In this document: positions 57,284 through 64,000 of the stretch, one piece after another
Numbering within the stretch: the first letter of the stretch is position 1
How the letters are laid out: each line of letters opens with the position of its first letter
Virus record (IMG/VR): IMGVR_UViG_3300042923_000619
Coordinates: 1-64,000 of that record
Source: a virus
Length of the DNA: 64,000 nucleotides
Direction: 5' to 3' (one strand)
The notes under the pieces: model-generated
What the model saw: the letters and a program-made list of their open reading frames with translations, nothing else
Databases searched by the model: none
Told to the model about the DNA's origin: nothing
Translations under genes and position numbers: made by a program

Positions 57284-60200
57284 TTATTTTGGGTTTTTTA
57301 ATAAAGCAAGTTGTTTAGCTTGAGTTATAACATCAGTAAATACATCTTTAACTCCACTATCTACATTAGGGAAAGTTAAATCACCAAATTGATATGTAAC
57401 ACTACTTGCAGTTTTATTATTGTTTACTGTTGATACTGCACCACTACCACTCAAAGAATTTAATACACTAGAATTCATTGAATATCCACTTGCATTAGCA
57501 TAGTTTTTATATTGGTCATATACAGATTGGTTATAAAGTGGATTATTAGAATTATCATACAATCCTTTCTTTCCTTCTGTCCATGTAGAGATTTCTTGTT
57601 TATAAGCATTGAATTTAGTTTGTATGTCTGAAATATCTACATCTCCAATATTAACACCCATTTTATCCATCATGTTTCTAAAGTCTTGGAATGCTTCCTC
57701 ACACTGTACAAGTGCTTCCATTACATATCCCATACTACTTTGAGTTATATTTACTATATTTCCAAATCTAAAATCCCAAACCATTTGAACTAATTCTAAG
57801 AATTTATCTTCAAATTTAGTAAACTTATCTGCAAATTGAACTCTACTGTTATACTCATCAGTTTGTGATTTATTTTGTTTATCCAATTCATTTTTATAGT
57901 GAGCATCTTGTTCAGATTCTAATTTATTATTTATATCTACTAGATTTTTATATTGCTCTGACAATCCATCAGAATCAGTTTTTGTAATTTTATCTACTTG
58001 AGTTTTCCTGTCTTTAATATCATCATCTGTTATGTCTACATTCTTTTTAGATACTGCTAATTTTTCATAACTATCACTTAAATCACTTATTGATTTATTA
58101 GCAATTTTTGCACCTGAATCAACACTGTTTAAATAATTTGTTATTCCTTTTACATCTAGATTAGCTTTATCATTTAACTTATCTTTATTTTTATTAAGGT
58201 ATCCTGATACATCTCCACTATTAATTGCTTCATCTTGTTCAGTAGAAGTAAAATTAGCCTGTAATGTTTTTAAATTATTTAATTTTTGAGTTGACTGATT
58301 AACAAAAATAGAAATTGCATTAGAAATATCACTTATATTGTCGTTATATTCTTTCTTTAAAGAACCTAACATAGTCTTTGCCATTCTTTCAGTGTCAGAA
58401 TAATAAGATTCTATTCTTTTCTTATCCCTATCCTGTGTTTCCTTTAAATCATCGGATATTTTCTTTAGATATTCTTTTTTTACATTGTATGCTTTATCTT
58501 CAGCAGTTTTACTATCTTCTATTTTTTGTTTCTCTTTATCATACTCTTGGTCTGATTTTTCTTTATTGTAAGCCTTTTTAGCGTCATCAACTTCTTTTTT
58601 CTTTTTATCAACAGTTTCTTGGTCTATTGCTCCAACATATGAAAACGTATGGTCTGCATTTTCTTTTGCATATTTTACAGTTTTTTGATTTTCAAGATTA
58701 TTAAGTTCAATTTCTTTCTGTTTTAAATCATTTTTCTTTTCTTGCAGTTCATTAGATTTTTCCTCTTCATTATGTTGTTTTTCTAAAGCATTTAATTCAG
58801 CTTCATAATTATCCATTTTAGATTGATGAAGTTGTTCTTGTTGATTTTCTAAATCTTCTAAATCTTTAGTTTGTTTCTTTTGTTGAGATTCTAATGTTGC
58901 TTCTTCAATCTCTTTTTGATTATCAAACATCTTTTTAAGTTCATCAGTGTTAAACTTATCAATTTGTTCTTGCAAATTAGCTACTTCAAGTTTTTCATCA
59001 CGTAATTCTTTCGATGCCTTGAGTGTTGCTGATTCTAATTCTTTTTGTGCTTCAGCAGTAGTTACAGTTGTAGATTTTAATTTATTTAATTGAGTTTCAG
59101 CTTCACTAACAATTTGTTTTTGTTCATTCATTTTTTTAGATGTTAAATCCACTTTTTGAACAAAATTGCTATCATCAGTATCTCCAAGCAATTTTAAATT
59201 ATAATCTATTTCTCCAATATCATTTTCTATTTTATCTTTAGCTTCGTTATATGCGTCCGTGATATCTTTTATCATCTGTTTTTCTGAGTCTTCTAATTCT
59301 TTGTTCTCTTTTTCCTTCTTTTTCTTAGAATCTCCACCAGATGGCATATAATCTCCACTAGCTGAACTTGGGATATTCCCCCCATTTCCACCACTATACG
59401 GAACGCTACCAATACCAGCATATAATGAATCTGCTTGTTGTTTTGCTTTTTCATATGCATGAAGTTGGTCTTGTTGTTGCTTTAATTGTTCAAATTCAGG
59501 AGAATTTTCTTCTAAACTTTGTGCTTTTCCAATACTCATGGTTGAGTAATCTTGAGCACCAGCCATTCTAGCTGAAATAACTGCTTGAATAGCTTGTATT
59601 TCTGCTTTATACATTCCAATTCTATTAGTTATTTCAGCATATGTAACTTGTGAATTACCAACTTGCCATTCAGAATTAACTTTAGCATCAGTAATACGAA
59701 TTGCACTAAGATTATCTACTGTAAGTCCTTCTGATTGTAATCTTTGTATATTAGCTTCAATTAAAGGAGAATTAGAAATATAAGCTTTCCCATTTTCGTC
59801 AATAGATACATTTAATCCACCAACTTTTTCTTGTAATTGTTCAACTACATTCCCTAATTGAGTTTTCTGTTCAGCAGATAAACTTTCTTGAGCTGATAAA
59901 TTTTGATATTCTGAATATAAACTTTGAACAGAAGAAATATAATTATTAAATTCTGTTTGTGCTTGTTCCATATTCTGTCTATTTTCAAGTTGTGCTTTGG
60001 TTTGTTCTTTTATACTATTAATAACTTTAGTATTGTCTATTTTATCTTGTGCCTCAGTAAATTCATTAACTTTTCCAGTAGTTTCATCAATAGTATATCC
60101 AGCATCTTTTAAAACTTTTTCTTGTTCTTCTATTTTTTTATTTACTCCAGCAATTAAATCTGCTTGATTAGCACCACCAGCAGTTGGATTAAATGATGTT

Positions 60201-61015
60201 GTAGGCATATCTTGATATTTCTTCTTAATTTCAATTAATCTTTGTAATTGCTCTTGTGCCTTTTTCATCTTATCAACATCTTCTTGTGCCTTTGATGTAT
60301 CACCATTCTTTAAAGCTTCATTAACACCTTTTAACGCTTCTTTTAATGTATTAGATTGTTGTGTAAGTTCTGCTTGATGTTCCTTATATGATGTAAAAGC
60401 AGTTATTGCAATACCAACTGCAACAGCAATTCCACTTATAATAAGACCTAAAGGAGTAGTCATAAATGCTACAGAACTAGCCACTGCTTCTTTTATTCCA
60501 GTACTTAATAATACCCATGCACCTTTTAAACCAGTTAATCCTTCTGTTTGTGCTATTGCTCCCATTTGTGCTAATTGCATAGCTTTTGTTGCATTAGTTA
60601 CTTCATTTATTGTAGTACTAACTGTAGACATTCCTGTTAATACCGCTATAAATTTACTTAAACCTGTTACCGCTTCACCAGCAATTAATGTTTTATTTAA
60701 AGTTGATAATTTAGACATGACTAATACCAAGCCACCAATTGTTGCAGTAAAAGCTATAGTTTGTCCATCTACATTTGTTAAAGCCGTTACTAATTGTGTA
60801 AACTCAGATACTAACCATTTTAATTGTTCTGAACTTGTTATTTTTTCATATAATTGTTCAAATGCTCTTTTAAGGTCTTGAATACGTGCATCTAGAGATT
60901 GGTTATACGCTTCATCCATCATTTTTTTAGCTGAACCAGCAGATTGTGCAACTTCTTTTTGATGTTGATTTAACGTATCCATATTCTCCATTAATGCCAT
61001 TAATGTTTCTCTTTG
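57284..61015 (-). CDS. Tape measure protein, exon 3
   Basis: Frame QRETLMALMEN... begins at 61015, just after the intron-terminal G; long Ala/Gly-rich hydrophobic and coiled-coil segments. Confidence 0.85.
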   Translation of the reverse strand, partial: QRETLMALMENMDTLNQHQKEVAQSAGSAKKMMDEAYNQSLDARIQDLKRAFEQLYEKITSSEQLKWLVSEFTQLVTALTNVDGQTIAFTATIGGLVLVMSKLSTLNKTLIAGEAVTGLSKFIAVLTGMSTVSTTINEVTNATKAMQLAQMGAIAQTEGLTGLKGAWVLLSTGIKEAVASSVAFMTTPLGLIISGIAVAVGIAITAFTSYKEHQAELTQQSNTLKEALKGVNEALKNGDTSKAQEDVDKMKKAQEQLQRLIEIKKKYQDMPTTSFNPTAGGANQADLIAGVNKKIEEQEKVLKDAGYTIDETTGKVNEFTEAQDKIDNTKVINSIKEQTKAQLENRQNMEQAQTEFNNYISSVQSLYSEYQNLSAQESLSAEQKTQLGNVVEQLQEKVGGLNVSIDENGKAYISNSPLIEANIQRLQSEGLTVDNLSAIRITDAKVNSEWQVGNSQVTYAEITNRIGMYKAEIQAIQAVISARMAGAQDYSTMSIGKAQSLEENSPEFEQLKQQQDQLHAYEKAKQQADSLYAGIGSVPYSGGNGGNIPSSASGDYMPSGGDSKKKKEKENKELEDSEKQMIKDITDAYNEAKDKIENDIGEIDYNLKLLGDTDDSNFVQKVDLTSKKMNEQKQIVSEAETQLNKLKSTTVTTAEAQKELESATLKASKELRDEKLEVANLQEQIDKFNTDELKKMFDNQKEIEEATLESQQKKQTKDLEDLENQQEQLHQSKMDNYEAELNALEKQHNEEEKSNELQEKKNDLKQKEIELNNLENQKTVKYAKENADHTFSYVGAIDQETVDKKKKEVDDAKKAYNKEKSDQEYDKEKQKIEDSKTAEDKAYNVKKEYLKKISDDLKETQDRDKKRIESYYSDTERMAKTMLGSLKKEYNDNISDISNAISIFVNQSTQKLNNLKTLQANFTSTEQDEAINSGDVSGYLNKNKDKLNDKANLDVKGITNYLNSVDSGAKIANKSISDLSDSYEKLAVSKKNVDITDDDIKDRKTQVDKITKTDSDGLSEQYKNLVDINNKLESEQDAHYKNELDKQNKSQTDEYNSRVQFADKFTKFEDKFLELVQMVWDFRFGNIVNITQSSMGYVMEALVQCEEAFQDFRNMMDKMGVNIGDVDISDIQTKFNAYKQEISTWTEGKKGLYDNSNNPLYNQSVYDQYKNYANASGYSMNSSVLNSLSGSGAVSTVNNNKTASSVTYQFGDLTFPNVDSGVKDVFTDVITQAKQLALLKNPK

Positions 61016-62632
61016 CTTTTATATTTATCTAGAATCGCTAAATCTAGACTTGTGTATATATTTTATCATTTAATATATTTATATAATTATTGTTTTTAAA
61101 TTCCCAATATGGAATATTGTTATCTATACAATATGTATTTTTGATATCATCATGTTTCTTTGTGTAAGTATATGATTCTTCTCCACCAAAATACTCAATA
61201 GTTTCAAAATGTTGTCTTCCGTCACATTCAATTAAATATTTTAATTTATTCTCATTGTTTAATATTGCAAAATCAAATGGAAGTGGCAATATATCTTTAC
61301 ACTTATCAATTTTATATTGTGAAATATATCTAATATTATCATTCTCTAAATATTGTTTTACCAATTTCTCTAATAAAGATTCTGCCTTGGTACAACATTT
61401 ACATCTTGTTTGAAAAGATGTTCTAAAATGTTTAAAAGTAACTTCAAAAGGTTGTCCACATTCCTCACATGAAAACAATAAAGGTGTGTCACAATTAACA
61501 TATTCTATTGATAATAATTTATTTTTATAATTGTTTAGTTTTAAATATAATATTATATTATAAATGGTGTGTGGATTAAACTTGCTAAATTTATCAATAT
61601 TACAGTCCTCTTTTTTATAAAGTAGAAAATCTGATAAAGAAATACAATATCTAAATCCAATATCATCTTGAATATTTATCTTAGATTTAGAATTTTTAAA
61701 CTCAGAAGTATTCATGATTTTAAAATTGTATCCTTTAAGTATTTCATTTGCTTTTTCAATATTAATTTTATTTCTTTTATCTCCCCCAGAACATTGTTTA
61801 CACTTTGTTCTTTTCTTATCTTTTAATTCTGCAAATGAAACAGAATACTCTTTCCCACATTTTTCGCAAGTAAACATGAGTTTTCCAACATTATTTATAT
61901 ATTTATCTGATAGTAGTTTATTTTTACAATCATTTAATACCAACCATAATTTAATATTTTCTATAGTATGAGGATTATATTTGCTAAACTTATCTAATTG
62001 TTTATTATATTGAATATACTCATTAAATGATATCTCATATTTATATCCTTCATCGTCATGAATAGAAAATTTAGTCTTACTATTTACATAATCGTCCTTT
62101 ATCATATATAATCCTTTTTCTTTTAATTTATTTTTGACTTGTTGTAAAGTATATTTTACTGGCATATTTCACCTTCTTGTCCTATTTTAATTATATACAC
62201 AACTCATACTTTCATATGAGAATAGACTATTTCTTCACCTTCATCTATTATATTTTTTTATAATAATGTTAAGGGCGTACCTTTTCCATTTAAGGGATTT
62301 TCACCCACTCTAAGCGATTGAGCCGTACTCCTATTGTTCGATTTTCACGAACCTTCTCAGGGATAGTCGTTGAAGATTCCCCATATTATAAATTAACTTA
62401 GGGGCTTACCTGCATGAACAACCATTTTATTATATAATTTGTTTTATATAATTTGTTTTATATAATTGAATACTTAGGATTTAACCTTATATCCATCCTT
62501 ACGTTTTTTCTACTTTCGTCCCTTCATATACTACTTTCGTATATATTGTGGTGTAAGGCTTTAGGTATTACCTGCAATTAAATACGTGTCCTATGCACAT
62601 TTCTGTACATACGAGGCTTTTTCTAAGAAAAA
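61016..62632 (-). mobile_element. Group I intron 2 in the tape measure gene, carrying an endonuclease ORF
   Basis: TAATTGCAGGTAATACC (P region), AACGACTA (R, 62364-62371), GAAATAGTCT (S, 62224-62233), 3' end hairpin plus TAAATATAAAAG. The 5' boundary is uncertain by a few nt. Confidence 0.85.
61044..62165 (-). CDS. Intron-encoded zinc-ribbon/EDxHD homing endonuclease
   Basis: CEKCG and CEECG repeats; LPFDFAI...IECDGRQHF; lies after the S element in the P9 region. Confidence 0.8.
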   Translation of the reverse strand: MPVKYTLQQVKNKLKEKGLYMIKDDYVNSKTKFSIHDDEGYKYEISFNEYIQYNKQLDKFSKYNPHTIENIKLWLVLNDCKNKLLSDKYINNVGKLMFTCEKCGKEYSVSFAELKDKKRTKCKQCSGGDKRNKINIEKANEILKGYNFKIMNTSEFKNSKSKINIQDDIGFRYCISLSDFLLYKKEDCNIDKFSKFNPHTIYNIILYLKLNNYKNKLLSIEYVNCDTPLLFSCEECGQPFEVTFKHFRTSFQTRCKCCTKAESLLEKLVKQYLENDNIRYISQYKIDKCKDILPLPFDFAILNNENKLKYLIECDGRQHFETIEYFGGEESYTYTKKHDDIKNTYCIDNNIPYWEFKNNNYINILNDKIYTQV

Positions 62633-62780
62633 TCTTGTTCCAGCCAAAGCTTGTATTCCTGCTAAGTAATCAACTTGGCTGAGTTGACCACTTTTAAATT
62701 TTTGCATAAATTCTTGCAATACTGTATCAAATTCTTTAAATTGACCTTTATTATTTCTGATTGCGATACCAATTCTATTC
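62633..62780 (-). CDS. Tape measure protein, exon 2 (148 nt)
   Basis: G plus NRIGIAIRNNKGQFKEFDTVLQEFMQKFKSGQLSQVDYLAGIQALAGTR; its length restores the frame between exons 1 and 3. Confidence 0.85.
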
Positions 62781-63065
62781 CATTTATATTCATATAGGCT
62801 CGTTAATTCCTATACCGTTCTCTTATGAACTGCTTATAGTTTCCTATAAGATTAGACTATATCACTATCCTAAATTAATAGGAGACTCACCATTTCCATT
62901 CACTTGAATGTACTTCCCGAAGGAATAGTCGTTAGGCTTTTATATTCTATATAATAGAATAATTTAGCACGGTAGGTTAGCATATTCATTTATGAACTTA
63001 GCCTTCCCCGTATTAAGCGAGTTATTCGAAATGGATTACTCCATTAAGCCACAAGTTTGTCGTTT
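62781..63065 (-). mobile_element. Group I intron 1 (285 nt, no ORF) in the tape measure gene
   Basis: P1 pairing of exon GCCAU with IGS GUGGC (U.G at the splice site); TAATACGGGGAAGGC, AACCGTGCTAA, AACGACTA (62926-62933), GATATAGTCT (62854-62863); terminal G. Confidence 0.9.
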
Positions 63066-64000
63066 ATGGCAAATTCTGTATCGTTAATTGTTTTTCCATC
63101 TTCATCAATATTACCTAGTTTTATATTACTATACCTTGCATAGATAGTTTTAAAACTTTCGCCTATTGTTGAAGCTGATTTTCGCGTTTTCTCAGAAACA
63201 GTTGTAATATATGTGATTAGGTTACTTAGTGGAGTTCCAGCCTCCTGTGCACTAAATGCTGTACGTTGTATTGCTGTTGCTATCTCAGCAAAGCTCGTAG
63301 CAGAAACATTGTCCATCTTACTCATCATATCTACAACATTCTGCATTCCTTCACCAGTCATATTAAAGGCATTTTTAATAGCAATTAATTGTTCAGTAAC
63401 TTGTGCAGTTGTTTGACCAGAAAGTTTAGAACCCATAATAGAAGCAGACATTAACGCTTCTCCTTCTTTTCCATCAAAACCTGCTCTAGTTACTTCTTCC
63501 ATACCCTTCATCATTTCTGCATTTGTTGTATGTAATTGTTCTCCTAATTGCTTATAATTATTAACTATATCAACTATTTCACCTTTGGATTTTCCAGTAA
63601 TCATCTGCATATTAGTCATTGACTTATCCATTTGAATAGTATAATTAACAGCATCTTTTAATTGACTTGTTATTTCTTGAACTACTTGTTGAACGCCATA
63701 AAAAATTCCAACCTTACTTAAAAAATTACTTAATCCACTAAAAAATCCACCATTATTAGTTTCTTTTAAAGAATTAACTAGTTGTTTGGTTTCATTAGTA
63801 GTTTGTTCCATTGATGATTTAACAGTATTTAAACTGTTTCTAATATTATTAAAATTAACATTATCAGTTTCTTTTAATTTACTTAACAAACTGTTTAAAT
63901 CTTTAGTTGTAGACTCCACAAATCCATTAGGTAATTTATTTCCAAACTTTTGTTGCAATTTTTCAACCTGTGAAATTGTATTATTTATATCTTTAGTTAA
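63066..64000 (-). CDS. Tape measure protein, exon 1 (5' part beyond the window)
   Basis: TP901-like TMP core: DKSMTNMQMITG, SATSFAEIATAI, RKSASTIGESFKTIYARY. Confidence 0.88.

Noticed and set aside
62334-62352. GTTCG...CGAAC resembling an SOS (LexA) box
   Set aside because: Wrong arm order and spacing; it is an intron hairpin.
62431-62468. 14-bp tandem repeat TATATAATTTGTTT (about 2.6 copies)
   Set aside because: It lies in a peripheral AT-rich loop of intron 2 and is probably slippage, with no sign of independent function.
62535-62552. NrdR-box-like TATATATTGTGG
   Set aside because: A single partial copy inside an intron stem, with no partner box at 31-32 bp.
63044-63065. TMP ORF ending ...FAINDKLVA at 63044
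   Set aside because: The last codons are intron sequence; the exon ends at 63066.
553-63416. Numerous short opposite-strand ORFs in the track (for example 553..876, 14631..14930, 29902..30117, 34257..34655, 50083..50577, 63213..63416)
   Set aside because: They lie antisense to well-supported genes, lack RBSs and have shadow-frame composition.
1-64000. tRNA, rRNA or CRISPR arrays
   Set aside because: No cloverleaf, rRNA-like GC-rich tract or repeat-spacer array was seen by eye; tRNAscan-SE and a CRISPR finder would confirm.

Overview
This window is a 64-kb slice of a large, very AT-rich temperate Firmicutes phage or prophage. The gene organisation is SPbeta/c-st-like, and a Clostridium-like host is inferred from the anaerobic RNR, a chemoreceptor fragment and cell-wall-binding repeats. 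Two arms converge near 25.2-25.4 kb. The + arm (1-25170) carries DNA metabolism and accessory genes: a divergent type II topoisomerase pair, a soluble MCP signalling protein, a 3D-domain protein, a frameshifted OFA-family MFS transporter directly upstream of nrdD-nrdG, a dUTPase with a long N-terminal extension, a stand-alone WYL domain, a methyltransferase-like/SF2 helicase pair, an ATP-dependent DNA ligase, a ThyX-like protein and two free-standing endonucleases. The - arm (25367-64000) is the late region. It holds a tape measure gene split by two group I introns (one carrying an EDxHD-type endonuclease), tail/baseplate genes, two promoter-equipped morons, a holin-endolysin pair, a plasmid-type primase/wHTH Rep gene, a second tail-fibre cassette, three more EDxHD-type endonucleases, RusA and two tyrosine recombinases, one with a dif-like site at its 5' end. 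No tRNA, rRNA, CRISPR array or reverse transcriptase was seen. All family assignments come from motif recognition by eye, with no database searches run.
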